The notes beneath the pieces were generated by a model. That model worked only from the letters and a program-made list of their open reading frames with translations. It was not told where the DNA came from and did no database searches. Positions 1 through 10,282 of a stretch of DNA of 64,000 nt are shown piece after piece. Source of the DNA: Alphaproteobacteria bacterium (lineage in GTDB: Bacteria > Pseudomonadota > Alphaproteobacteria > Puniceispirillales > Marisalimonadaceae); assembly GCA_038131545.1 (NCBI GenBank), contig JAYPPQ010000004.1, positions 599,095 through 663,094 of the forward strand, given 5' to 3'. How positions within the stretch are numbered: position 1 is the first letter of the stretch; each line of letters starts with the position of its first letter. The translations under genes and the position numbers were made by a program.

Positions 1-155
1 TTATAGCTTCTTATGGGATGAGAATCTGGTATATGATGATCTGGTAAAACAAATGTTGGAATTGTTTTTGAAAAATTCTTTGCTAATGCTGACATAACAC
101 TTTGCATTCCTCCAAAACGAGGAGGAAAAGTTTGTGTAACAATTATAACTCTCAT
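1..155 (-). CDS. partial CDS (5' end only, continues off the left edge); glycosyltransferase-like N-terminus
   Basis: ATG at 153-155 on the minus strand, then an open frame to the window edge: MRVIIVTQTFPPRFGGMQSVMSALAKNF... This resembles the first strand plus PP-x-x-GG loop of GT-B/GT4 enzymes. Only 51 codons are visible. Confidence 0.35.
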   Translation of the reverse strand, partial: MRVIIVTQTFPPRFGGMQSVMSALAKNFSKTIPTFVLPDHHIPDSHPIRSY

Positions 156-218
156 TTTTTTGATTATATTCAAATATTTTGTGTAGTATATTACTATTAA
201 ATTTTAGAAGGTAAGAAT

Positions 219-827
219 ATGTATAAATTAACTTATAGTCCAGCCTCTCCTTATGTAAGGAAAGTTAGATTAGCAGGCTATCTTTCTGGTTTAAATGATC
301 AGATAGAATTATTAAATCCAGATCATGAAACTCATATTAAAATGAAATCAAATAATCCATTAGGAAAGATACCGGTTTTAATGACCCCAAACAATCAGTA
401 TATTTTTGATAGTCGTGTAATTGTTGAATTATTAAATGATACTTCAGGTAAGTTATATCCTAATGATGATAATAAAAAAATAATTTTAACTAATGCTGCT
501 CTTACTGAAGGTCTTGTTGATGCATCTCTTCTTTACGTTTATTCAATTAGATATGCAGGAGATCAGAAACCATCAGAAGTTTGGCAAAAGCTTCAATTAA
601 CTAAGATTGAAAACACTATAGATAATTTGGATAAAAATGTTTCGAATGATTTTAATCCTTCTAAACTTTATATATCTCATATTGGTTTAATTGTTGCGCT
701 CGATTATTTAAATTTTAGAAAAATTTATGATTGGGAAATGAAAACAAAAAACTTACATGCATGGCATAAACAAGTTAGTGCTTCCATGCCTGGTTATAAA
801 GAAACCTATCCGAAAGATCCTTCTTAA
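219..827 (+). CDS. glutathione S-transferase family protein
   Basis: Thioredoxin-like GST N-domain pattern SPYVRKVRL...NPLGKIPVL...DSRVIVELL; 202 aa. Confidence 0.7.
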   Translation: MYKLTYSPASPYVRKVRLAGYLSGLNDQIELLNPDHETHIKMKSNNPLGKIPVLMTPNNQYIFDSRVIVELLNDTSGKLYPNDDNKKIILTNAALTEGLVDASLLYVYSIRYAGDQKPSEVWQKLQLTKIENTIDNLDKNVSNDFNPSKLYISHIGLIVALDYLNFRKIYDWEMKTKNLHAWHKQVSASMPGYKETYPKDPS

Positions 828-2080
828 TTTGGTAGAACAAGCACGGCCCTAAAATCATTAACATTGGTCAATGTTGGTCCAGTATAAATAAGATCATTGG
901 TTTTTTCAAAAAAACTAAATGCGTCATTATTATTTATATATTTTTTTATGTCTAAATTAAGTTTTTTTGAATTTAAAAATGTTTCGTAAGAAAAAAAAGC
1001 ACCTGCGTTGTCCTCACTTCCATCTATTCCATCAGTATCTACTGAAAGTCCAAGTATATTTTTATTTCCTTTTAAAGTGTTAACCATAGAAAGGGCAAAT
1101 TCTGAATTTCTACCACCTCTACCCAATCCATTTACTTTTACTGTAGTTTCTCCTCCTGAGAGTAGTAATATAGGGTTTTCCAAGGATATATTTTTATAAT
1201 GTTTTTCTTTTTTAATTTTAAGGGCAAGATTTGCCATCCGTTTACCTTCCTCTGCAGCATTTCCCTCTAGTTTATCTGAGAGAATAATAGGGGAAAAACC
1301 TATTTTTCTTGCTAAATTTGCAGCTGCCTTAAGTGCTTTCATTGGAGATGCTATTAAATGAAAATTTTCATTTATACCTTGTGGCAGAAGATTATTTTTT
1401 ACAATAGACAAAATTTTATTTGAGATTTTAATTTTATAATTATCTAAAATTTCAAAAAACTTGTTTGTATCATTATTAGTGTATATTGTTGGCCCAGAAC
1501 CAATAAAACTTGGATCGTCACCAGGAATGTCAGAAATTCCATAAGTAATACAATTAGAAGGTTTTATTAATTCTAATAATCTTCCTCCTTTCACTGCAGA
1601 AATAGACTGTCTAACAATATTCATTTGATCTATAGATGCTCCAGATTTTAAAAGTTCATTATTAATTTTTTGTTTTTCATTAAAACTTATCCCATCAAGA
1701 GGGGAACAAAATAGCGCAGATGCTCCACCAGAAATAAGGAAAATAACTAGATCATCTTTGGATGTATTTTTTGCAATTTGTATTATTTGTTTTGTAGCAT
1801 TATAGCCATTTAAATCGGGGATTGGATGTGATGCTTCTAACACTTTGATTTTTTTGGTTTTAACAAAATGATCATACCTAGTTACAACCAAACCTTCTAA
1901 ATCAAATGAACATTGATCTTCAAAGGCTTTAGCCATACTTCCTGCTGCTTTTCCTGCTCCTAAAACATAAATTTTTCCTTTTGGTTTTTTAACTAATTTT
2001 GGAAAATTATTGAAAGGTTTAGCTGCGTTTATAGCTTCTTCCATAATAAGTAATAATTGTTGTTTATTATTTTTAATCAT
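824..2080 (-). CDS. ttuD: glycerate 2-kinase / hydroxypyruvate reductase family (DUF4147 + MOFRL, TtuD-like)
   Basis: GAGKAAGSMA near the N-terminus; GGETTV...GRGGRNSEFAL and DTDGIDG motifs typical of MOFRL glycerate kinases; 418 aa. Confidence 0.75.
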   Translation of the reverse strand: MIKNNKQQLLLIMEEAINAAKPFNNFPKLVKKPKGKIYVLGAGKAAGSMAKAFEDQCSFDLEGLVVTRYDHFVKTKKIKVLEASHPIPDLNGYNATKQIIQIAKNTSKDDLVIFLISGGASALFCSPLDGISFNEKQKINNELLKSGASIDQMNIVRQSISAVKGGRLLELIKPSNCITYGISDIPGDDPSFIGSGPTIYTNNDTNKFFEILDNYKIKISNKILSIVKNNLLPQGINENFHLIASPMKALKAAANLARKIGFSPIILSDKLEGNAAEEGKRMANLALKIKKEKHYKNISLENPILLLSGGETTVKVNGLGRGGRNSEFALSMVNTLKGNKNILGLSVDTDGIDGSEDNAGAFFSYETFLNSKKLNLDIKKYINNNDAFSFFEKTNDLIYTGPTLTNVNDFRAVLVLPN

Positions 2081-2145
2081 AAAAAAATTGTATTAACCTT
2101 GAACTAATTTATTATTTTAATTTAATCGTAGTAAGGGGAATTTAT

Positions 2146-2934
2146 ATGTCAATTATTGATGGTCAAAAGATTAATAATACTTTTTTTATTTCCATAAATA
2201 ATCCTAAATCAAAAAACTCAATGGTTCCAGGGTTTCATCCACAGTTGCAGAGTAAAATTGATGAAGCCGAAAATTCAAAGGAAATAAATTCTATAATTAT
2301 TTTTGGGGAAGGCGGTTTCTTTTGTGCAGGAGGAGACCTAAATAGTTTAAAAACTAGAAGAGATATGGCAGTACCAGAGAGATTAGAAACTCTTAATCAA
2401 TTAAACGGAACAATAAAAAAAATTAAAGAGTGTTCCAAACCCACAATTGCAGCAGTTGAAGGTGGGGCAGCAGGCGCAGGGGTTTCTCTTGCAATGGCAT
2501 GTGATTTTTTGATTATGTCAGAAAAGAGTTTTTTATCACTTGCTTATGTAAAAATTGGTCTTACTCCAGATGGTGGAGTTACAAAACTTTTAGCAGAAGT
2601 TTTACCAAAACAAATCTTATCAGAGATGGCATTAATTGGAGATAGAATTTTTGCAAAAAAGTTATTTGATCTTGGTTTTTTAAATATAATTTCAAATGCT
2701 GGGGAAGTGAAATCAGATGCTTTAAAGTTTTCAGAAAAATTTAATAACTTACCGCAAAATGCAATGTTTAGAATAAAAAAATTAATTCATCATTCTTATG
2801 ATAATAATTTTGAAGATCAAATGAAATTAGAAGCGAATTTGATGGCTGAATCTCAAGGTGATAAAGAAAGTATGGAGGGCATAGATGCTTTTCTAGAAAA
2901 AAGAGAACCAAATTTTTCAAAATTTAGATCATAA
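2146..2934 (+). CDS. enoyl-CoA hydratase/isomerase (crotonase) family
   Basis: FCAGGDL and AAVEGGAAGAG oxyanion-hole motifs; 262 aa. Confidence 0.8.
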   Translation: MSIIDGQKINNTFFISINNPKSKNSMVPGFHPQLQSKIDEAENSKEINSIIIFGEGGFFCAGGDLNSLKTRRDMAVPERLETLNQLNGTIKKIKECSKPTIAAVEGGAAGAGVSLAMACDFLIMSEKSFLSLAYVKIGLTPDGGVTKLLAEVLPKQILSEMALIGDRIFAKKLFDLGFLNIISNAGEVKSDALKFSEKFNNLPQNAMFRIKKLIHHSYDNNFEDQMKLEANLMAESQGDKESMEGIDAFLEKREPNFSKFRS

Positions 2935-2963
2935 ATTTGGCATTTTATTTGCTCTAGATATGA

Positions 2964-3632
2964 ATGAGATTAATAAAAAATCTATTTTTCATATTAGTAT
3001 TACTATTTTCTGAAACTGCTTTTTCAAAGTTAAATTATTCTAACACTTGTCAAAACGAAATAAATATTATTGAAAAGCAAATTGATATTCCAAAAGGTTT
3101 ATTGACTGCGATTGGAAAAACTGAATCTGGAAGATTTAAAGATAATAAGAATGTTGTAATTTGGCCTTGGACGATAAATACAGGTAAAAAAAGTTTATTT
3201 TTTGATAATAAATTACAAATGAAAAACTTTGTTTTAAATGAAATAAAAAAAGAAAACTATAATTTAGATGTTGGCTGTATGCAGATAAATCTAAAGTGGC
3301 ATGGATCGAAATTTAAAAATATATTAGATGTATTGGATCCAATGGTAAATGTTTCTTATGCAACTTCATTTTTGTATGAATTACATTCTAATTTTGGTAA
3401 TTGGGATGAAGCTATTAAAAGATATCATTCATCTAAGCCTAAAAAACATTTAAAATATCATCAAAAAGTTTTAGCACACTGGAATTCAAACATTATAAAA
3501 TACAAAGAAGTTAAAGTTGCTAAGCTAGATAATTTAGAAAGCCACATCAAAAACTTTCAACCTAGATTATATGATAACATAAAAAAAATTATGTACTTTA
3601 GAAATATTTTTATGCAACAATCTGAGAATTAA
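2964..3632 (+). CDS. lytic transglycosylase (SLT domain), exported
   Basis: Hydrophobic signal-like N-terminus; GKTESG catalytic-Glu motif; GCMQIN. Confidence 0.65.
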   Translation: MRLIKNLFFILVLLFSETAFSKLNYSNTCQNEINIIEKQIDIPKGLLTAIGKTESGRFKDNKNVVIWPWTINTGKKSLFFDNKLQMKNFVLNEIKKENYNLDVGCMQINLKWHGSKFKNILDVLDPMVNVSYATSFLYELHSNFGNWDEAIKRYHSSKPKKHLKYHQKVLAHWNSNIIKYKEVKVAKLDNLESHIKNFQPRLYDNIKKIMYFRNIFMQQSEN

Positions 3633-3668
3633 ACTTATAATTAATTCAAAATCAGAAGTGGTGTTAAT

Positions 3669-4340
3669 ATGGATGTATATAATTCTCTAATTTCAAGAAG
3701 ATCAGTCAGACGTTTTCTTCCAAAAGAAGTTGATCAAAGTAAAATAAAAAAGATTTTAGAAGGTGCTGCCTTTGCACCAAGTGGCCATAATATCCAACCT
3801 TGGCATGTATATGTTGTAACAGGTGATAAAAAGAAAAAGATTACAAATGAAATTATAAACTCAATTGAAAGTGGAGAAGCCAAAAATTTTAAGCAAGAAT
3901 TTGATTATTATCCAACTGAGTGGTATGAGCCTTATATTTCAAGAAGACGAGCTGTAGGGTTTGAACTTTATAAACTACTCGGCATTGCCAAAGATGATTA
4001 TGAAGCTAGAAATAAACAAATGCAGGAAAATTTTCATTTTTTTGGAGCTCCAGTAGGTATGTTTATAACTATGGATAGAAGGCTTGCTGAAGGAACTTTT
4101 ATAGATTTAGGAATGTTTATACAAAGCATTTTAGTAGGTGCAAGAGGAGAAGGTCTTCATACTTGTGGTCAAGTCGCATTTACAAAATTTCATTCAATAC
4201 TTAGTAAGGAATTAGGATTTGATGAAAATGAAATGTTAGTTTGTGGTGTATCTATGGGTTATGAGGATGAGAATGCACCTGAAAATAAATTAAGAGTTGA
4301 AAAATTAACTCATGATCAATTTTCAACCTTTATGGAATAA
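3669..4340 (+). CDS. nitroreductase family protein
   Basis: SRRSVRRF and PSGHNIQPW motifs; 223 aa. Confidence 0.8.
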   Translation: MDVYNSLISRRSVRRFLPKEVDQSKIKKILEGAAFAPSGHNIQPWHVYVVTGDKKKKITNEIINSIESGEAKNFKQEFDYYPTEWYEPYISRRRAVGFELYKLLGIAKDDYEARNKQMQENFHFFGAPVGMFITMDRRLAEGTFIDLGMFIQSILVGARGEGLHTCGQVAFTKFHSILSKELGFDENEMLVCGVSMGYEDENAPENKLRVEKLTHDQFSTFME

Positions 4341-4345
4341 AATTT

Positions 4346-5557
4346 ATGACTCTTTTCAATATTAAAGATTCTAGAAATTTAACTTTACCAGATATGTATA
4401 TCAATATTGGTCATTTTCTAGATCATTTTATGATGTTGATTTTTGCTAAAGCAGCTTTTGATGCAGGCCGTCATTTTGGTCTTAGTTATGATGAAATTAT
4501 AATTTATGGAACTCTAGGATTGTTTCTCTTTGGTGCTATGGCACCTCTAGCTGGTTGGTTAGCTGATAAATACTCTAGATCTATATTAATAACAATATAT
4601 CCTTTTGGTATAGCCTTTGGTGCATTCTTATGTTTTTTTTCAACATCACCAATAATGTTAGGATTTTCAATTGGTGTTATTGGTTTTTTTGCTGCTATTT
4701 TTCATCCAGTAGGAATAGCTATGCTTGTTAGAGATACAGAAAAAGTAGGATTTAGACTAGGTGTTAATGGAGTTTGGGGTAACATGGGTGTGGCTGCAGC
4801 ACCTATTTTAACTGGTTTTATAATACTTAATTCTAATTGGCAGTTAAGTTTTTTAATCCCTGCAATAATTTGTCTTGGTTTTGGAATTATTCAAATAAGA
4901 GGGTTTAAAGAAATTAAAACTAATGAGGACAATTTTCAGAAAAAAAAATCAACAAATGGTTTAGTTGAAGGTTGGAAAATTGTATTAATCTCTCTTACTA
5001 TGACAACATTGGCTGGAGGTTTTATTTTTGGATCACTGACTTTCTTGATTCCTAGAATGTTTGAAGTAAATTTACCTGGTATTTCCGTTGATGTTGCAAT
5101 TACTGGTCTTTTAGCTGGGATCGTATATGGAATTGCATCTTTTTCTCAAGTTTGTGTAGGTTATTTAATTGATAGATATTCTCCTAAAATAATTTTGGGT
5201 ATCGTAGGTCTTGGTCAATTAATTTTAATTTTCCTTGCAAGTTTATACATAGATTATGCTTTGTTTTTTGTAATTCTGATGGCGATGTTTTTTGTATTTG
5301 GTCAAATACCAATTACTGATGCTATTCTTGTTAGGTATGTCGATGATAGATGGAGGGCAAGAGTTTTATCAATGAAGTTTTTAATAAATCTTTGTGCTGG
5401 TGCATCAGTATTACCTTTAGTTTCAATATTTTTAAGTTATGGATTTACTTTCAGTGACCTATTAAAAATATTATCTTTTTTAGCAATTTTTGTAGCTATT
5501 TCAGCTTATATGTTACCAACAATTAAAGTTAATAAACCTGAATTAAAAACAGCTTAG
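4346..5557 (+). CDS. MFS transporter
   Basis: About 12 hydrophobic segments in 403 aa; WLADKYSR loop motif between TM2 and TM3. Confidence 0.7.
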   Translation: MTLFNIKDSRNLTLPDMYINIGHFLDHFMMLIFAKAAFDAGRHFGLSYDEIIIYGTLGLFLFGAMAPLAGWLADKYSRSILITIYPFGIAFGAFLCFFSTSPIMLGFSIGVIGFFAAIFHPVGIAMLVRDTEKVGFRLGVNGVWGNMGVAAAPILTGFIILNSNWQLSFLIPAIICLGFGIIQIRGFKEIKTNEDNFQKKKSTNGLVEGWKIVLISLTMTTLAGGFIFGSLTFLIPRMFEVNLPGISVDVAITGLLAGIVYGIASFSQVCVGYLIDRYSPKIILGIVGLGQLILIFLASLYIDYALFFVILMAMFFVFGQIPITDAILVRYVDDRWRARVLSMKFLINLCAGASVLPLVSIFLSYGFTFSDLLKILSFLAIFVAISAYMLPTIKVNKPELKTA

Positions 5558-5567
5558 TTAAAAAGAG

Positions 5568-6584
5568 TTAACTATTTAAACTAAACCATTCAACTTTATC
5601 ATTATCAGAAAACTTTTTTGCATATCCTGTTTTGACTAAATTTATGAGATGTGATCTAGCTTCACCAATGGCAAAGTGCATTTGTTCATTTCCTATTTTT
5701 CTATCAAAAATTAAACTAAGAGAATCATAAACAGTTATATTTCTTTTTGATAATTCATTTTTTAAAATATTTAATCTTTGATTATGATGAGATATAAGTT
5801 CTAAAGCTCTACTATCTCCGTCTTTAAAAGGCCAATCATGGCAAGGAAATACTTCAACTTCAGAGTTTATAGTTTTAATATCATTTAAATAGGTTAAGTA
5901 TCCTCCAAGTCTGTCATCAAAAGGATCAAAAAAATTGTCAGAAACATTTGGTGATATTCTTGGAAGCAAGAAATCTCCAGCCAGATATAAGTTTCTTTTT
6001 TTATCTGTCAAAGATATGTGTTCTGGTGAATGACCCACATCTGTTCTGACTTTCCAACTGCCATCATTTGATTCAATTTCAAAGCCTTCAGATATTATTT
6101 GAAAATCTGGTAAATTAAAGACTTTGTTTTTATATAATCTAGTAGCTCCTAACATTTCTTGTTTTTGTTCATAAGGAATGCCTGATCTCTGAAAAATATT
6201 GTCAAACATAATTGAATATTCTTTGTCAGGCATAATTAATAATTTTTTTGCTACTTCTAATTCTTTAAATGAAGTGAATGCAGGAATATTTAATTTTTTT
6301 TGAAGCCATCCTGCCATGCCGATATGATCTGGATGGTAATGAGTAATAAGTAAAGAGTGAATTTTTTCTGCCTTTAATGGTCCATTGAGTATTTTTTCCC
6401 ACATTTCTATAGAGTGGTCAGATCTTAAGCCACTATCAATTAATACCCAGCCATTTTTTGTATTTAAAAAAAATAGATTTACGTGATTTAAACGAAATGG
6501 AAGTTCGAATTGAGTCCAATATAGGTCTTTTCTAAGTTCATTAAATTCACCATGCTTAGGTATTTCATAATTTAGTTTTGTCAA
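5568..6584 (-). CDS. MBL-fold metallo-hydrolase
   Basis: THYHPDHIG (HxHxDH) motif; 338 aa. Confidence 0.8.
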   Translation of the reverse strand: MTKLNYEIPKHGEFNELRKDLYWTQFELPFRLNHVNLFFLNTKNGWVLIDSGLRSDHSIEMWEKILNGPLKAEKIHSLLITHYHPDHIGMAGWLQKKLNIPAFTSFKELEVAKKLLIMPDKEYSIMFDNIFQRSGIPYEQKQEMLGATRLYKNKVFNLPDFQIISEGFEIESNDGSWKVRTDVGHSPEHISLTDKKRNLYLAGDFLLPRISPNVSDNFFDPFDDRLGGYLTYLNDIKTINSEVEVFPCHDWPFKDGDSRALELISHHNQRLNILKNELSKRNITVYDSLSLIFDRKIGNEQMHFAIGEARSHLINLVKTGYAKKFSDNDKVEWFSLNS

Positions 6585-6594
6585 TTTAAACCTC

Positions 6595-7746
6595 TTAATT
6601 CACTAACCCTTGTTTTTTTAATAATTCTGGGATTTTATTTTTAAAAGGAAAAAAGCCCTTTTTAGCAAATGGAAAAGCTAATCTATCCCATTCTCTTAAA
6701 TAAAAAAATACATTAACATTCTTATTTGTAAATTTATTTAAAATATTTTTTTTATTTAATATATATTTTCCTTGAGACTCATAAGGAATTATTAAATTTT
6801 TTATTTTAAACTTTAATATCCATTCCATTAATTCTTCATCATTCTCTGCAAACGAAATTTGTTTATTATTATTTAAAACTTCTCCATATAAATTTTTATC
6901 AAAGCTTTTGATAAGTTCGCTTTGATTAATTAATGGGTTGTCACTCTTAAAAAGGCATGTTTTAAAATCTATGTTTTTTTTCAATAAAGAATTTAAAGTA
7001 AAATCATTTTTGTTAATAATTAATCCAATATTGTCTAGATCATTGAAAGAAATTTTTTCAAATTCTTTATCAATAATTTGTTGATTTAAACTTGATTGAC
7101 TTTCAAGAGGTGGTGCTGTTTCATTTAGTTGATTAACAGGGTTGTATTTATAGTTTGTAAACTTATAAATATTATCTGCACGTGCAATATAATTCTTCCC
7201 AATAGTCTGTAATCCTGCCACCCACCTCCAGCTCAAAGTATTTACAGCAGGGCACCAATCAAGTAAATTTTTTTGAAAAAAAAGTGCGCCATCAATCCAA
7301 TTTTTGTTCAGTGTAAAGATCCATATGCTTGCATACCACATTCGTGCATGATTATGTAAATAGCCAGTTTCAATTAATTCTTGTGTCCAATGATCAAAAC
7401 ATTTTATACCTGTTTTCCCAGGAGGTTCTACATCTCGTATTTTTTTTTCATATTCATTCCAGATTATTGGATGAAGTTCTAGCCATCCTCTCCAATAGGT
7501 TCTCCAAAAGATTTCTTGAACAAATTTTTCTATTTTAATTGGTTTAAACTTTTGAAATGCAACATCCAAAATATCTGTTTCTGATATTAACCTTCTACCT
7601 ATATATGGTGAAAGAGTGGATACATTTGTGTGAGGTGAACCCAAATCAAAATTTCTTTTAGAACCATAGTCAATTAAATTTTTATTAATAAATTCGTCAA
7701 ATTTTTCTTTTATTTCAGAAGTTTTTGTAGGAAATTGTGTGTTCAT
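6595..7746 (-). CDS. photolyase/cryptochrome-family FAD-binding protein with apparently permuted domain order
   Basis: Residues about 40-200 carry the motifs of the photolyase FAD-binding helical domain: [70 protein letters not shown]. The C-terminal 150-170 aa resemble the alpha/beta N-domain. See findings. Confidence 0.6.
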   Translation of the reverse strand: [383 protein letters not shown]

Positions 7747-7814
7747 GAATTATACACATACTTAATTAATAGAAAAAAGTATAGAAATTAAAATTTGCTT
7801 TAAAAGGGTTTTAT

Positions 7815-9032
7815 ATGAATAGTCCGTTAAAAGGTTTAAAGGTATTAGATTTAACAAGGGTTTTAGCTGGTCCTTATTGTACACAAATGCTTGGAGATTT
7901 AGGAGCTGAAATTATAAAGGTTGAGAGACCAGGCGCTGGTGATGACACTAGGGGATTTGCACCTCCTTATTTGAAAGATGATAATGGAGATGATACTGAC
8001 TTAAGTGCTTATTATTGTGGTGCTAACAGAAATAAAAGATCTATCACAATAAACTTAAGTGAAAAAGAAGGCCAAGATATTGTTCGTAAACTACTTAAAA
8101 ATTCTGACATTTTAGTTGAAAATTTTAAGACGGGAACTTTAGCCAAATATGGTTTGTCTTATGATGATCTTAAAGAAGAATTTCCAAGATTAATTTTTTG
8201 TTCAATAACTGGTTTTGGTCAAACGGGACCATATGCTTCAAGACCTGGTTATGATGGTCTTATTCAAGCCATGGGCGGAGTTATGGCTTTAACAGGAGAA
8301 CCTAATGGTGAACCAATGAAAGTTGGAGTTCCAATTGGTGATTTAATGGCTGGCATGTTTGCTTCTGTAGGCATTTTAGCTGCTGTTAGGCATCAAGCTG
8401 AAACTGGAAAAGGACAATTTATTGATATTGGTATGTTAGATACACATGTGGCATGGTTAGCTAATCAAGGGATGAATTATCTCTCGACTGACAAAAACCC
8501 AGAAAGACTAGGAAATCAACATCCTAATATAGTACCTTATCAAGTTATGCCAACTGCTGATGGCTATATTGTATTATCAATTGGAAATGATCCAACATTT
8601 CAACGTTTTTGCGAATTAGCCGGAGAAACGAAATTACTTGAAGATGATCGTTTTAAAACAAATGCATCAAGGGTATCAAACAGAGAGCATGTCACTAAAG
8701 TACTTAACGAAGTTACAAGACGAAAAACTTCTAATCAATGGTTAAGTGAACTAGAAAAAGCAAAAATTGGTTGTGGTCCGATAAATAATCTTTCAGATGT
8801 TTTTAACGATCCACACGTTATATCTAGGGAAATGGTTATGGAAATGGAGCACTCTAAAACTGGAGAAAAGCCATTAAAATTAATATCAAATCCTATAAAA
8901 ATGAATGAAACACCAGTTTCTTATAGATATGCACCTCCACTGCTTGGTGAACATACGGATGAAATTTTAAAAGCTGAATTAAATCTTAATGAAGATCAAA
9001 TTAAGTCTCTTAAAGACAGCAAAATTATCTAA
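7815..9032 (+). CDS. CoA-transferase family III (CaiB/BaiF/Frc-like)
   Basis: N-terminal LKGLKVLDLTRVLAGPYCTQMLGDLGAEIIKVE, typical of family III CoA-transferases; 405 aa. Confidence 0.85.
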   Translation: MNSPLKGLKVLDLTRVLAGPYCTQMLGDLGAEIIKVERPGAGDDTRGFAPPYLKDDNGDDTDLSAYYCGANRNKRSITINLSEKEGQDIVRKLLKNSDILVENFKTGTLAKYGLSYDDLKEEFPRLIFCSITGFGQTGPYASRPGYDGLIQAMGGVMALTGEPNGEPMKVGVPIGDLMAGMFASVGILAAVRHQAETGKGQFIDIGMLDTHVAWLANQGMNYLSTDKNPERLGNQHPNIVPYQVMPTADGYIVLSIGNDPTFQRFCELAGETKLLEDDRFKTNASRVSNREHVTKVLNEVTRRKTSNQWLSELEKAKIGCGPINNLSDVFNDPHVISREMVMEMEHSKTGEKPLKLISNPIKMNETPVSYRYAPPLLGEHTDEILKAELNLNEDQIKSLKDSKII

Positions 9033-9046
9033 TTTTAATATTTTTA

Positions 9047-10282
9047 ATGGTCAATTCAGATAAATCCAATCTAATCATTTCTGATTCTAAAGGTGCATGG
9101 TTTAGAGCAACAATATTATTTATTCTTGCTTTAATTGGAACAGTAGGAATGTGGTCAGTGGTAGTTTTTATTCCTGATATTGAAAGAGAATTTAATCTAG
9201 ATAGAGGAACATCATCTTTACTTTATGCTTTTACAATGATTGGATTTGGTTTTGGCACTGTAGCTATTGGTAAGATTTACGACAAATTTGGCATCAAAAA
9301 ACCAATTTTATTAGCAACAATTGTATTGATTGCATGCTATTACCTCTATTCAATTTTTCCATTTTATTGGCAATTTTTGACTTTGCAATTTTTTATGGGC
9401 TTTGCAGCATCAGCATTTTTTGGTCCAGCTATGGCAGATATTTCAAATTATTTTAATAAACAAAGAGGTTTTGCATTATCCATTGTTGCAAGCGCTAACT
9501 ATGTAGCAGGAGCAACATGGCCACTATTAATTGGTTATTTTTTAAAGTTTATTGACTGGAGAACGACTCATTTCTGGATATCAATATGTTTATTAATTAT
9601 GATTCCACTGATACTTTTACTCAAAAATGCTTCTGTAGATGAAAGTAAATTTCAGGATACAAAACAAAGATATAAAGATATAAAGTTAAATCTTTCGAAT
9701 AATCAAATCCAAGTACTGTTAATGCTAGCAGGAATATGTTGTTGTGTAGCTATGGCAATGCCCCAAGTTCATATGGTTGCTTTATGTGTGGATAATGGCT
9801 TTGGACTTCAAGTTGGTACAGAAATTTTAGCCGTAATGCTTTACAGTGGGATGTTAAGTAGAATTGTTTTTGGAATGATTTCTGACAGAATTGGACCTGT
9901 ATTAACATTATTATTAGGTTCATTTTTACAAATGGTTTCGTTAACATTTTTCTTGCCATTTTCTTCTGAAATTTCTTTATACGTAGTTTCTTTGATGTTT
10001 GGATTATCACAAGGAGGAATTGTTCCTGCATATGCAATAATAATTAGAAAATATTTGCCAATTAAAGAAGCTGGATTAAGAGTAGGCCTCGTTATAGGAG
10101 CTACTATTGTTGGGATGTCCTTAGGGGGTTGGATGTCTGGAGAGATTTTTGATATTACATCATCTTATTATTTTGCTTTTATGAATGGTATTATTTGGAA
10201 TTTATTTAATTTGATTATAGTTTTGTATATATTATACAAATCTGATTTCTGGCATAATAAAAAGGTAATTTCAGTTGGATAA
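9047..10282 (+). CDS. MFS transporter (oxalate/formate-antiporter-like)
   Basis: 12-TM pattern in 411 aa, immediately downstream of the CoA-transferase. Confidence 0.6.
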   Translation: MVNSDKSNLIISDSKGAWFRATILFILALIGTVGMWSVVVFIPDIEREFNLDRGTSSLLYAFTMIGFGFGTVAIGKIYDKFGIKKPILLATIVLIACYYLYSIFPFYWQFLTLQFFMGFAASAFFGPAMADISNYFNKQRGFALSIVASANYVAGATWPLLIGYFLKFIDWRTTHFWISICLLIMIPLILLLKNASVDESKFQDTKQRYKDIKLNLSNNQIQVLLMLAGICCCVAMAMPQVHMVALCVDNGFGLQVGTEILAVMLYSGMLSRIVFGMISDRIGPVLTLLLGSFLQMVSLTFFLPFSSEISLYVVSLMFGLSQGGIVPAYAIIIRKYLPIKEAGLRVGLVIGATIVGMSLGGWMSGEIFDITSSYYFAFMNGIIWNLFNLIIVLYILYKSDFWHNKKVISVG

